Positions 35,976 through 48,959 of a DNA stretch of 64,000 nt are shown here, one piece after another. The stretch covers positions 63,922,001 to 63,986,000 of the forward strand of contig OZ360236.1 of assembly GCA_977017645.1 (NCBI GenBank), in the 5' to 3' direction. The DNA comes from Torpedo marmorata. Its lineage: Eukaryota. Under the pieces are notes generated by a model. The model made no database searches. It was not told the origin of the DNA and saw nothing but the letters and a program-made list of their open reading frames with translations. The translations under genes were made by a program, and so were the position numbers. Position 1 is the first letter of the stretch; each line of letters opens with the position of its first letter.

Positions 35976-36150
35976 CTATGAAAATAAAGATTTTGCTTGT
36001 GATATCTTTGTAGACATAGTTAAACCAATTGGTAATGAGTAAACTGGTTAACTCCAGGTGCAATTAAAGCATTTGTAGTTGTTTCCTGGAATATAACTAT
36101 ATTCCAAATTATGGAGCAAAAATTATTGATGCAAAGTATGCAGAGTATTT

Positions 36151-37359
36151 ATTTTTCTTTTTAAAATATTTTTTATTGAGTTTCAACAATAAATATGCAT
36201 ACAGAGTAACAGAATTAAGAAAAATATTCAAAAAATCAGATGGTATTCATACATGTATATACGGTATATAAAAAAAACTAAGTAAATTCTCATAACTAAA
36301 TTCTGAATATAGGTTAAAACTCTAGTTCCGTATAATTATCTTAAAAAAAAACCCAATTGAAAAGAAAAAAAAGAAAAAACACTAATAACTAATCTATTCT
36401 AACCCCTCCCTCTAAGCAAGGTTACCTTGATGTTGAAAAAAAGAACAAAAAAAGGGTATGGATCCTGTAGCGACCTCAGGATAGTCAGTTTTGTTAATTC
36501 TTCCAATCATGATAGTATTCAATGAATGGCCCCAAGATCTTTAAAAATTGAAACTTTCTATCTTTAATATTATATCTAATTTTCTCCAAACTCAGATAGG
36601 ACATTACACCTAGCAACCACTGTCTATGTGTCGGTGACAACTCATCTTTCCATTTCAATAAAATTGCTCGTCTGGCAATCAACGTGGAAAAAGCTAAAAC
36701 ATTTTCCTGTGATGCAGACAAAGGTATGTTAAGTTCACGTGAAAAACCAAACAGAGCAATTATAGGACATGGTTCAATATTAATCTTAAAAATCAATGAT
36801 AAAGATTTAAAAATATCCTTCCAAAATCTCTTCAAATTGGGGCATTCCCAAAACATATGTATCAGTGAAGCTTCAAAAATTTTACATCTCTCACACAATG
36901 GATCTACCGGTATGTCAGTGTAAAAACGTGATAGTTTAAGTTTAGATATATGAATTCTATGTACCACTTTAAATTGTAATAAACAGTGTCTAGCACAAAA
37001 AGATGATCTGAAAATGTAACATTCAAATCACATTCCCATTCATTCTTGATCCCTGTCATTGGATTTAATAGCTTTTCTCTGGCTAGTCCTATTATAGATA
37101 ATCACCTTTTCCAGCCGTCTGTGATGGATGTAGGATTTAGGGAATGGTATAGATTGGGAATTCATAGTTTTAATGATCTTTTTATTCGAGATAGTTTTGC
37201 CACTTTCGCACAATTGGTCAATAAATTTAATCTTACTAATAGACATTTTTTAAGATATTTACAAATTAGACATTTTGTTCAGTCTAAGATTTCAGATTTT
37301 CCTCGAATTTTAAGTTCTAATTTTCTCGATTTACTTTTTAATATACTGTTCTTTTTCCA
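36151..37359 (-). mobile_element. L1/Tx1-clade LINE with inverted 5' segment
   Basis: ORF2 C-terminus on minus (36494-36967, CERC...H..WEC knuckle); upstream ORF2 segment on plus (37046-~37345); 13-bp TSD ATGCAGAGTATTT at 36138-36150 and 37360-37372. Confidence 0.85.
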
Positions 37360-39567
37360 ATGCAGAGTATTTCAAAGTTTTGACAGTGATAACTACACCA
37401 AAAAGAATACCTGAATGCACACAAGTATCAATAAGTCTCCGCTGCTATAGTTGTTCAACTCGAATTGTTGAATTTGTAATTAAGAAAATTTTGGGAAAGC
37501 ACTCAATTCTGAAAATGTTGAGTTCATTACATGTCAAGGCTAAGCTAGATGTGGAACTGTAGCACATTTATTTTTAGCTATTGCAATATGTAGGCACTAA
37601 TAATGGGTGATACGTCAATAAAGTAATGAACAAATTATGTTTTTGTCAGTGTGTTGTTTTGGATGACACATTAAGCTAATATGGAAAAAAATCCCAATGG
37701 GAACCTGTAAGCAGGAATCTTTTAATATGCTCTCAACACCTGTTGCTCCATCACCAGTTGTAAAGCAAATCATCCATAAACTTTCGGCATACCATTTTCG
37801 AGACAGAAAACAGCAGAGGAACTTAAGACTATGTATAGGAATATGGTTAATCATTTCTTACTTTGGCTTCTTGTTTCTCATCTAGAAACTGATAACCTGG
37901 CCATCTGAAAACTCTGACACAAATCAACAGATGGGGCACTTTGGGAGCAAGTGAAGCATGGTAGTGACAGATTACCAGCAATCACAAAACAAAAGGAAGA
38001 GAAGGGAAGTCTATAACTGGAGTTATCAAAGGGGAAAAGTTAAGAGATAAGAATAAAAGGTAAAGGAGGTAATAGTGTAAAAAGCAAAATCTCCAGGGGA
38101 ACAGGTGTAGAGAGCAATCTTGATTCTTCTCGCCCACAAGAAATTCCAGGAAAGGAACCCTCCTGATAACAACTCCCTTTCACTATTGTGCTTCCTAATC
38201 CAAGGGAAACAATTTACAACTGTTAAATTGAGGTTCACAAATGCCCTGTGGAAGCCAATTTAAATACATGAACAATGACATGCTGACAGTTCTCAGATAG
38301 GTGGAATACATGAACGATGCGAAGCACGCTTCTGTAAGAGAAAAGCTGTGGGCGTCTAAGACAGACTGGTCCAACATTCTTCTTTATGTTGAACCCCATG
38401 CCACCTGCCTCGAACAATGTGTGCCTGCCCTTGTGGGTGCAGAGTGAATCATCCACTAACCACCAGATGTGCAAGGAATGGTCTGAGCTGCCTCACTGAT
38501 TTTTTTTTCTGCCTGTGGAAAGACCTAATTTTCAACCCATTACCCCCTCATTCTGGAACAGCTGAAACAGAAAGTTTATTAGATGGAAGCACGTGTGAAA
38601 ATACAAACCTTGAACAGACCATGAGGCTTAATTACACAAAGTGAAATTTTAGCTCAAAGCATCATCTCTCCATCACACCAATGACATTTCTTCTTTTACA
38701 ATGTTGCCAATATTTTCCTCATTTGTTAACATTTTATTGATCATTTTGGCTCAGCGTTGGTTCTAATATGTGAATAACTGTCAGTAATTCAAGATTTCCT
38801 ACAGAATTCGTGCACATAAATCTAGTCAAACTGAGCTAGTACTGCATTTCCTGATATGTTTCTTCTTCGACTAAACCAAGTTGGGTCCTGAATGCCTCTT
38901 TTCATGTCCCTTGATCTCAATGCTGTTTGCAGGACTTTCTTGAAAGCAATTTGGTTGTTTTAGCTGTCTTCCTTAATTGTGAATATAATGTAATTTATTA
39001 GTTGAAGGACCTTTGCATGACCCAAGGATGAAAAAAAGTGCCATACAAATGTAACCCTGTCTTCACAATCCCTGCAATGCCATCTAGGCTTCTGCACTTC
39101 CACACTTCTAACCCTAATTGTAACAATGCTTAATGTAATTTATTAGTTGAAGGAACTTTGCATAACCAGAGGATCAAAGGTACCATACAAATGCAACCCT
39201 ATTGTTTTTGAAATCCCTGCAATGCCACTGAGGATTCTGCACTTTCACTAGATTGTCAGCAGAGATAACATAATAAAACCCAATCATGAAAAATAATATA
39301 CGTAGAAATATATGAAATGCATCTTTTTAAAACAAGTAATTTCAAAAGAGCACCTAACCACAATCAAGTTCTAATGTCCTATGCCACACTAACCAATTTG
39401 CATTAGGTCACAACCAACTTTATAAAAAAAGGTAAAATAATTCCATAAACATTTTAGGATGTAACTGATCTTCACAAGATCAGACACATCATGAACAATT
39501 TTATGCAATTATTTAATCTTCTTTAGAAAGAGGTAGGACTCTACAGGCTCTCTGGAAACCTACTGAC

Positions 39568-39732
39568 CTATATATCTGGCTTCAGATGAGATGTTGGATG
39601 AAGAGTCAGATGCTGCTGATTCATGACCTTTCACAATCTCAACATTACGAACTCTGTTAGATTGAGACTGTTTTTCTCTGGATGATGGGTAAGATGGTTG
39701 ATGACCGTGTACGACTTTACAACCAGCACTGT
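39568..39732 (-). CDS. Candidate additional (cassette) RPRD1B exon, 55 codons, Ser-rich
   Basis: TCTTTGCAG|AC...ATAG|GTCAGT; 165 bp, phase 1-1 matching its host intron; stop-free: DSAGCKVVHGHQPSYPSSREKQSQSNRVRNVEIVKGHESAASDSSSNISSEARYI. Confidence 0.5.
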
Positions 39733-40218
39733 CTGCAAAGATTAAATTTGCTGTCAGCAGGTAATTACTGTGGTAGAAAATATTACACTATTCATACAAA
39801 ATACTACTTTGATCCCTTATTTTGAAGCGCAGTTCTGCCAAAAAATTGCAACATAAAAAGTTATGTAAAGAAGAGGAGCTCTTAGTGAAATGATAAAAAA
39901 AAATGGTGGATGGGAAGAAACTGATACAAGGCATTGTTACTGGTTTAAAGTCCATTAATGCTTGCATTGTTAAAAATGCCCTTGGTCATTTTACCCACAG
40001 ATCAGTGAACAGTTTTCATGGCAGAGCCAACTAAAGTTACATTTCTAATGGTTGATGTAATGTGGAAGAAACAATGACAATGGTATGAAATGTTCATAGT
40101 AGTTTCCAATAAGTAATTTTGGGAAATAATCTTGATTAGTTGACATCAAGAATTTAAATTTTCCATGTGGTCAATACACTTCGCCACACACGTTTGTTGG
40201 CCAATTTTGTTTGGAATT

Positions 40219-40415
40219 AGGGCAGCACGATTAGCGCAACGCTTTTACAGCACCAGTGATCGGGACCAGGGTTCAAATCCGCGCTGTCTGTAAGGAGTTT
40301 GTACGTTCTCCCTGTGTCTGTTTTCCCTGGGGGCTCCGGTTTCCTCCCACCCTTCAAAACGTACCGAGGGCGTAGGTCAATCAGGTGCATTTGGGCGGCA
40401 CGGGCTCATGGGCCA
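40219..40415 (+). mobile_element. V-SINE (HE1-like)
   Basis: GGGCAGCACGATTAGCGCAACGC...GGTTCAAATCC...GGAGTTTGTACGTTCTCCC core. Confidence 0.82.
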
Positions 40416-40987
40416 ATAGATATACAGCAAGGTAACAGGCCCTAAAAAAAAGTTAAATTCCCAGTCCAAATCAGTCAAAACAGACCAAAAACTTTAATAT
40501 ACCACTGGCTGCGAAGCATTTGGGAGATTTCATATCAATTCATGTGAAATTTATAATTAGCTGGCTCAATATGGCAGTACAAATTTATTGAAAAGTATTA
40601 CCACATTTCATTGCATTTGGCTAGGTCAGTGCACAACCAACTTTCAAAATTCTTAACAAGTGCTGCATGTATTAGATGAGAGAAATTATTCTATTTATTG
40701 GAAAGGAAGGAAATAAACTACTCTCATTTGTAGTCTTAACAATCATCGATACAGTCATTCCTTCCATTCCCTCACTTTAAAAATCGGCTGTACATATTAT
40801 TTGTAGCAATTGTACACCTTAAATGACAGACACGCTACTTTGATTTAAATTATTATACAAGCATTATAAATTAACAACGCAAAAGGTCTGAGGATTTGCC
40901 ACCATGTTAGGTAGATGAAACAAAATCAGCATTATAATATATCAATAATGAATGGAAATCAGTCCGACGAACAACTTGGAATTAATA

Positions 40988-41578
40988 CAGGTGCCTAACC
41001 TTTTATCCGTAATTCCGAAAACTGAACATTTTTTCCAGTATATTTTCAGGTGTTTAGCTTAGTTTGAGCCAGTTAATGTTTGAAGTTTTACTGTATGTTT
41101 TACTTAAAAATAAAAAGTACGCTAGTAATTTTATGATCTATCTTTATCTCACTTCATTTACCACTCCCCCGTCCAGCGCCGCCGCGAACACCCCCGTCCA
41201 GCGCCGCCGCGAACACCCCCGTCCAGCGCCGCCGCGAACACCCCCGTCCAGCGCAGCCATGAGCACCGCCGCGAACACCACCGTGCAGCGCCACCGCGAA
41301 CACTCCCATGCAGCGCCGCAGCGAACACCCCTGTCCAACGCCACCACGGACGCCGCTGCGAACACCCCTGTCCAGCGCCGCCACAATTCCCCCCCCCCCC
41401 CCAAACAAGCGCCGCCATCCAGAAACCCTTCTAGTTGGAGTGTGTCTTTGTTTTGGCGAATCTGAAGCAACGCAATTATTTAAAAGTACCGCCATTAAAA
41501 TAATTCTATAATCCGAAAAAATCCCAATTCCGAAAAGTGTCAGGTCCCAAGGATTTCGGATAAAATGTTAGGCATCTG
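40988..41578. mobile_element. Tc1/mariner-type MITE with internal GC-rich minisatellite (41165-41385)
   Basis: TA-flanked TIRs CAGGTGCCTAACCTTTTATCCG / CGGATAAAATGTTAGGCATCTG; internal ~25-bp repeat CCCCGTCCAGCGCCGCCGCGAACAC. Confidence 0.88.
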
Positions 41579-43204
41579 TATCTCATCCTAGCCATACAAC
41601 CTTTCGTTTTGTGGTCAGTTCCCTTTTTTATTGCTAAAACTGCAATTTATTGCATAAATGGTTAATATGCCAGATAAATTATAGATCCAGTGTCATTGTT
41701 TTCAAAATAATTTTCCAGAGTCCTTTACTCCTCTCAATTACTAATATTGTCAGAGCTTACCTTTCAAAATAGTTAGTTCTGTTCTACAGCTTACAATTTA
41801 TCTGGAATTTGTACAAAGTGACATTGATTTTGCAGTGGCAATGACAGAGAAACTGAAAGCAATGTCTGGACAAAGCACAATAATAATTAAATGTTGAATC
41901 TGTCAATGATTCTGCTTCCATTCAAAAAATATTTACAACCTTCCCCAGCTTAATTTTTAGAAATTAGTGGTCTGAAAGAAATGTATTAATAAATCAATCA
42001 AAAAAGCTTCAACAACATAGTTGAACATAGTGATTATATTTACTGCCTAATTTTAGGTCATCACATCATCTTCTAAAGACTATTTATAGCAGTGTCAGTG
42101 CAGCTTCATAGATAGTACAGGTAATTTCCACATTTTCTTTTCTTTTATGATTTAAATTTTATTGAATTCTTTAAAAAAAGTTTCCCCAAACCCTTGAGTC
42201 AGTGTAAAAGTTATGTAAATCATAAGTTACAAAACCTAAACTTATCCATAAAATAGAAACAAACATGGCAGCAAAAATTATCAATATAATGAACATATGT
42301 GTCTATTTAGACCTCTAATAACAGAAAAAACTGCCATTCATTAATATGCTTCACCACTACATCCACCACTATTCCCCCCCCAGGAAACCTAGATATTTGC
42401 CCCATTTTTGAGTACAGATGTCCAATTTATCAAACTGTTTGTAAGACATGTGTTCAAACGCTGCCACTTTGGCCATTTGAGGCCCACTCCTGAAATGATG
42501 GTCCCCCCACATTTTATTTTCTTGATTCTTTTGCCCTTGCTTCAGATCACTAATTTGGATAGAGTCAGAGTTTTACAGTACAGAAACAGTCCCTTCTGCC
42601 CAATTCATCCATGCCAAAGTTGTTTACCTAATTCGCCCCATTTGCCTGCAGTCAGCCTTCGTTCCTCTAACTCTTTCTTCTCCATAACATTTGTTTTGGA
42701 ATTCTCTTTAGCTGTAATTTTTTTTTTTTTTAAACTTTAATAGTTTTGAAAAGGGATTCAAAATAGTAATTTCAACTGCAATAATCTCTGAAACAGTTGA
42801 AGCCAAATATTTTTCCAAGAATATTTTTCCTTCCAATGTAACAGGAACTTGAAACAAATTGAGATTCTAATAACCTATTTAATTTATTGGCTTAAAAATA
42901 CAATTATCAATTAACCTTCCTGTTAACTTTCTCTATTATAATTATGCAGTTCAAAGTTATTATGAACTATGAGGATAAAAAGTCATTCACAAATTCAATT
43001 GCAGCAAATGTTTATTTGCTCTATGTTACTCATTATTTAGGTGCATTTTCAGCATTACACATCAACTTCTTGTATTTAAATTAAAACCAATACATTGAAT
43101 AATTGTCAAGCAGTATGTAGTTATATTGGTTTTGCCCAACTATTAATTTAACTTCCAGTATAACTTAATTATGATTTGTGACAACCAGAAAAGTGCACAA
43201 TATA

Positions 43205-43700
43205 CCATATATACTCATGTAATAGTCGAGTTTTTTGGACCAATTTTTTTGGGTCAAATTTGTGGGGGGGGGTCAACTTTTATATAAGGTCATACTTTTG
43301 ACCGCGCTAAGTACCTGCGTCGTTCAAGGCGTTGGGAGCTTGGATGGCCAGGACCGACCGGGTGGCAAGTCCGTGGTCGGGAGCACGGACAGGCAGGCAG
43401 CCGAGGCGAGGGTCTGCGGTTGGGGCGTTGGGAGCTCCAGTGGCGAGCGGGCGGCCGGGGAGAGGGTCTGTGGCCTGGGCGTCGGGAGCTCGGATGAGCG
43501 GGTGGCCGGGGCATTGGTAGCTCGGATGGGCGGGCGGGCGGCCGGGGCGAGGGTTCGAGGTCGGGGCGTCAGGAGGTCGGGGCCAAAGGGAGTTGACATT
43601 TACATGGTCATATGGAAAACGCGATTTTTGGGCTAAAATAGGAGGGGGGGGGGGGGTGTCAACTATGACAAGGGATCGACTATTACTCGAGTATACACGG
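43205..43700. mobile_element. Tc1/mariner (Tc2-like) MITE with GC-rich interior
   Basis: TA-flanked TIRs CCATATATACTCATGTAATAGTCGA / TCGACTATTACTCGAGTATACACGG. Confidence 0.85.
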
Positions 43701-43707
43701 TACTTAA

Positions 43708-44050
43708 AACATAGAACATTAGAGTACAGGCCTTTCTGCCCTCGATATTGTGCCGACCCGTATTTTCCTAAAAAGTACTAAACCCTCCCTACCCCGTAAC
43801 CCTCCACTTTTCCTCCATCCATGTGCCTGTCTAAGAGTCTCTTAAATGCCCCTAATGTTTCAACCTCCACCACCATCCCTGGCAATGCATTCCAGGCACC
43901 CACAACTCTGTGTAAATAAACTTACCCCTGATGTCTCCCCTAAACTTCCCTCCCTTCACTTTGTACACATGTCCTCTGGTGTTTGCTATTCCTGCCTTGG
44001 GAAACAGGCGCTGCCTCTCATAATCTATTAAGTCTCCTCTCATCCTTCTA
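43708..44050 (-). mobile_element. CR1 LINE 3' end
   Basis: Close reverse-complement match to 14035-14410 (RGDLI...GIANTRGHVYKVKGGKFRGD). Confidence 0.85.
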
Positions 44051-44885
44051 CATATTTAAACTGATGTCACCATAGTTTAATGGCATCTCAACTTTTCCAG
44101 CATTCATACTTTCCATGTTTCTGCAATCATCTTTAACTTACAAAAGAAGCTGACATCATACTGCTTCTGTCCTAAACAAATTGTCAACCCAAAATTCTCC
44201 CTTCAAGTCACTTGCTTTCAAATTCACTTGCATGCAAATCAATAATGACAAAATAGTTACTAAGTCCCAAATTCAGTTTAATTGATTAAGTTCACTTGAT
44301 GTACTACATACAAGAATTGATTCCTATGCATTTTTAATTTACCACAATACTGCAGAAAATATTTAATCTCTGCTCAATTATCGTAAGATTAGTGAGAGCA
44401 TCATATCTGCATATCAGATGTAAATTGTGCCATTTCTTCTCACAACACAAATTTAGGAGCATTATTCCAAGAATTTCCCACTTCTATTATAATTCTAACA
44501 TGGAAAACATCTTATTTATTTGACTCCACATTTTCCTCTTACACATTTAGAGTAGAAACACATCCAGACCATCACCTACTAACTACAAGCCCATATAGGT
44601 GGAAGCAGTTCTGGCAACTAGTATTTCAGAACAGTGAGTACCAGATATGGCAATACCAGTGAGCTTTCTTTCATATTTATGCACCCAATGTAATTCATTC
44701 TAAATTGGCTCACTGATTATTATAAATAGCTGTTACCTATGCAAACCCATTGTATAACACTCACATTATAGTACAGTGTAGTTTATTGTAACCAAGTACC
44801 TGTAATGACATGGATAATATGACTTATTCAGATTTCAGTATGCAAGGTTCCCACCAAGTCAGATTTCAACTGATGATGTACATAC

Positions 44886-45019
44886 CTACTGAAACAGGAC
44901 TGCTGGATTCATCCACAGTTAACTTAAGTTGCTGAATAAAATCAACATCATACACAACCCTTTCTTGCCATATATTTAGGACTCGTTCCATTTGCTTCTT
45001 GCAGCTTTGTTCCGATTCT
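44886..45019 (-). CDS. RPRD1B: RPRD1B exon 3 equivalent
   Basis: 134 bp, CCCAG|A...GTAG|GTATG; ESEQSCKKQMERVLNIWQERVVYDVDFIQQLKL. Confidence 0.93.
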
Positions 45020-45877
45020 CTGGGAGAAGACGAGAAATACAAGTCAACAAAAACACCAGTAACATCATTTTGAGTGAATTCTGCCAATCTTGTGGCACTT
45101 GATAATGTAGTGTGGCACATGAAACATATTTAGCATAGAAAGAAAATCAGCAAGGTTGGCAAAGTTTACAATGAGCGCATGTTACAATCAACCTTCATAG
45201 AAATGGGTTTAAATTCTTGGCATCTTCACATCTATACTTTTGAATGAAGAAAATAAATTATGTAATTAAAAAATTTTTTTTGGAAAATATCATTTTATTG
45301 AAAAATTTACATTGCAAATATACAAGCAAACACAAAGTGCTTAAACAGCAAATGCTCACAAACATGAATACTGTTGACATGTCTCATTATAAACCATAAT
45401 GTTACTATCAGAAATCACTTCATTAAAGTGTTGAACACTGACCAGGAACAGTCAGAGTATTTACTTTTGGATTATGTCATTAAGACTACATATCTCATAC
45501 TTGGCCAAACTTAGTAAAATAATGCAAAACTGTAACATATCAAGGTGCAGACGCACATCACACCACTTTAATGTAACATAAATCTACTGAATCACACATC
45601 AATCTCACTCATCCCAAGTAAATGCACTCAAAATAACACTTTCTTCTTAAAAAGGTACTGCAGTCTTTACTTCCTTGGTTAATTATAGCAAGCCCATATA
45701 TAGTCCTAGCTATGGAAGTTGATCAATTTCACCTCATTAGAAGGGATTGTACTCCAGATTAACCTTTCCAACTTCTTTATAGACGAGAAATTCAAAGCAT
45801 GTTCCTTTTTTACTGACCAACACCCCATCACACATTAATATTTTTAAGATACAAAATATTTAGATTCTAAAATATAC

Positions 45878-46007
45878 CTGGCAACATGGGAAAATGCATC
45901 CACAAGAACTCCTTCAAATGCCTTGGTGAATTCAGGACCTTTTCTCTTACTGTTCTGAATGACATCATTAGCCAGATAGATGAATGTCAATTTCCTGCTT
46001 GGTTTAG
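45878..46007 (-). CDS. RPRD1B: RPRD1B exon 2
   Basis: 130 bp, AG/GT bounded; AKPSRKLTFIYLANDVIQNSKRKGPEFTKAFEGVLVDAFSHVAR (CID domain). Confidence 0.95.
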
Positions 46008-46487
46008 CTAGATGTGGTTTAAAAAAGTTACTGTCATACATCATTCACATAGATGACATGCTCTTTTTGTGACAATTTTTTTCCTGTTGTACATACAGAC
46101 AAATTGGGAGCATAAGCCACTCAGTCTCACAAGCCTGTTCTGACATTTAATAAGATCTTAGCCTAACTGACTGCAATCTAAACTTTTCTGTTTACTGGAC
46201 TTTATTTTTTCACCCCCTTGCTTATCAATTACACTCCATGTTAAAAAAAATTCTAACACCTTTCTATTCATTTTTGTAAGGGTTTCAAAAGACAAGCTTC
46301 AGAGAGCAAAAAATAAAACCTGCCTTGCCCATCTTAAATAGGCGATTCATCAATTTTATTCAGTGACCCTCAAATTTTAATTATTTCACAACATCAGCTC
46401 CACATCCACCCATGTCAAATTCCCTGTTTCAAAATTATAAAAGCCTCTACATTTGTTCCTAACTGTAGTTAACCTATTCAGAAGTAA

Positions 46488-46765
46488 ATCACGAAAATCT
46501 GTAGACACCGTGGTTGAAGTGAAAAACACAAATGCTGGAGAAACTCAGGTCAAACAGTGTATTTTATGTAGCAAAGGTAGAAATACATAACCAACGTTTC
46601 AGGCTTGAGCCCTTCTTCAAAGTATGAGAAAATGCCGGTAGGTGTCCGAACAAAAGAGTGAGGGGGGGGGGGGGGTGGGGGTGGCAAAGGCAGGAGATGA
46701 TAGGTGGAGAAAGGAGGGAGGAGACAGCAGCAAAGAGGGGGAGGAGGGATGGCTGGGTGGGTGGA
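46488..46765 (-). mobile_element. Penelope-like terminal fragment
   Basis: Reverse-complement homolog of 850-1090, including TTGAAGAAGGGCTCAAGCCTGAAACGTT (46593-46620). Confidence 0.78.
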
Positions 46766-48232
46766 AAAAAACTTAGTTAACCTATTCAACCTGGTAACTA
46801 TTATTGGTTGGATGTACAACTCATAATTCCACAAGGATCAATGGTAGTTAATTAGATAAGCAGTCTTTAAACTATGTGCCTTTGTTTATCATTCCTATTT
46901 TGCAGGAAGCTTAGAATGCTCAACTGAAAAAGCATCCCTAAAACTTAATTTTGCAAATATATATGTAAAAAAGAACAAAATGACCCAAACACAAATGAAC
47001 CTCAAATAGTTCTCATCCTTGAGCCAGTGTTAACAATTGCCTGCACATTCCCCTCCAAACAATAGGTTTAAATAATTGTGCCTATCTCTCAACAGAGATG
47101 TGGGGATATTTGAAATGGAGATTCTAATTCACTGGAACTCCAAAACCAGAACTGAAATTAGTTTTAATACATAGCAGCAAGTCACAAAGAGCCATAGAGA
47201 GAATAGGTGATCAGAGCTGAGAGCCAAGAGAGAACCCTAAAATGTTGATAAATTTGCTGAAATGTTCTCTCTCTAATGCCCAGAAAGCATGTCACCTTTT
47301 ACTTCGAGTTTGAATGTAAAAATAATTTTAATCTACATGGATGGAAAGACAAGAACAAAGCAGATTGACTACCACACAAACTAAAAATGAAATGGAGATA
47401 GCAGATCACAAGCAGAGAAGCTATAAGGCAAACTAGCTGTATCAGAATTGTTTTGACAATTTTATCATTGAATTATTAAAATATTAATTAGTTCCATTAG
47501 TTTCATAAATATTCCTTTTCTCATGACACTTGCACTACTACAGAATTAAAAGAAACAAAATGAACATTGCCAGGCTTGTATTATCATTGGACTACATCAA
47601 ACATTTTCTTTTTAAATGTTCCATCAAGTTTGACGACAATAAAATCCAGGAATTAATCTTTTAACAGATTCGCATCAGAAAGCAACACAAATGTTCACAT
47701 TTGACAACAATCTAGACTTTCATTCAAAAGTCAAAATATTGGGATGACGTATTTCTAGAGATTTCAGTGTGAAAGCTGAACTGATAAATCCACAGTAGTA
47801 TTGAGGAGCATCACAGGTGACACACAAAACATATTTCTTTTCAGCGGGAAAAGACGCCTTTACAGCATTTTAAAAGAATAAATGAATTTCAACGATTAAT
47901 TTCAATTTCTCCCTGTCCATACTCTCGGTTCCAATAAAACTTTAAAATGTTAACCGTTTCCTTCCCATTAGATACCAACTGGCCTTCTAACGATCACAGC
48001 GTCTGCTGGGGTTCATTTAAACATTTGTAGTACACGCACAACTTTTTGTTTCTTGCCTGTTCCCATTCAAATTGAAACAGGCGACTTGTTGCTGTGTTGT
48101 AATTAGTCCGGTCCGGAGGCTGCATTATGACTGTGATTCTGGGGTTGTCGGCGGAGGGAGGAACCGAGAGGCGGGGCTGCGGGCCACCCTCCCCGGGCAC
48201 CAGCAGCTGCCCTTGACCGGGGATCCGCTCAC

Positions 48233-48383
48233 CTATCTTCAGCTCCCGGTGCCAGACGTGCACGATGATGCCCGCGTGTTTCCGATGATGGATGAGCCAG
48301 AGGGACAGGGTCTGCACGCTCTGTTGCGAGTTGCTCAGCTCGGCCAGCTTCTTCTCAAGCGCGGATTCCGAGAAGGAGGACAT
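48233..48383 (-). CDS. RPRD1B: RPRD1B first coding exon (CTD-interacting domain N-terminus)
   Basis: ATG at 48383; MSSFSESALEKKLAELSNSQQSVQTLSLWLIHHRKHA...WHRELKI; donor AG|GTGAGC; 151 bp. 1B assigned over 1A from MSSFSES and the TTI1/TGM2 synteny. Confidence 0.95.
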
Positions 48384-48399
48384 CTCCTTGCGGGGAAGG

Positions 48400-48790
48400 G
48401 AGGCTGAAGGCCGCCAACTTGGTTACCGCCAACCAGCACCTCTCCACTCTCCCGCCTGCTGAAATGGCGGAGTGACCTCTCACCCTCCCCCTCCCCCCAG
48501 GGGTCAGAGGGTACGGCCACCCAGACCAGGCACGTGAAAGCGGCCGTCCGCGATGATCACGCGGCCTCGAGAGGGAAGCAACGGTTGGGAACGTCACCCG
48601 CGTTCGTAACATTTACTCGAGGGGAGAATCGGAGCAAAACTCAGAGTGAGGTCGCGGGGTCCATGTTAATGCGCAGGCGCGGGGAATGGGGCTGACGCGT
48701 GCGCAGTGGAATTGAGTTTTCAATGGAGTCGGAGACTGCACATCAGGGTGGACGGGGATTGGATAAAGGTGAGGGAGGGAGTAAGTGATA
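48400..48790. promoter_or_regulatory. CpG-rich bidirectional promoter RPRD1B/TTI1, with a probable non-coding TTI1 exon 1
   Basis: CpG-dense island; YY1-like AAATGGCGG (~48462), E-box CACGTG (~48531), NRF1-like TGCGCAGGCGC (48670-48680), CRE half-sites; candidate + strand donors AAG|GTGAGG (48768) and GGA|GTAAGT (48780). Confidence 0.65.
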
Positions 48791-48959
48791 AATAACCACA
48801 AAGAAATAAGTGAGGGGGAAAATAGGTAGGAGTGTGGAATAGAGGGAAAGATGTAAATATGTGGGGGGGAATGGCGGAAAGGGGTAGGAGAAGTGGAGAG
48901 ATAGAGGGGCTATATTTAGAAGGGAAGGAGTGATAGAGGTAGGGGTAGAGAGATACAGC

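Noticed and set aside
47994-48232. Extension of the RPRD1B exon-1 ORF to 129 aa
   Set aside because: Read-through into GC-rich intron 1 beyond a strong AG|GTGAGC donor.
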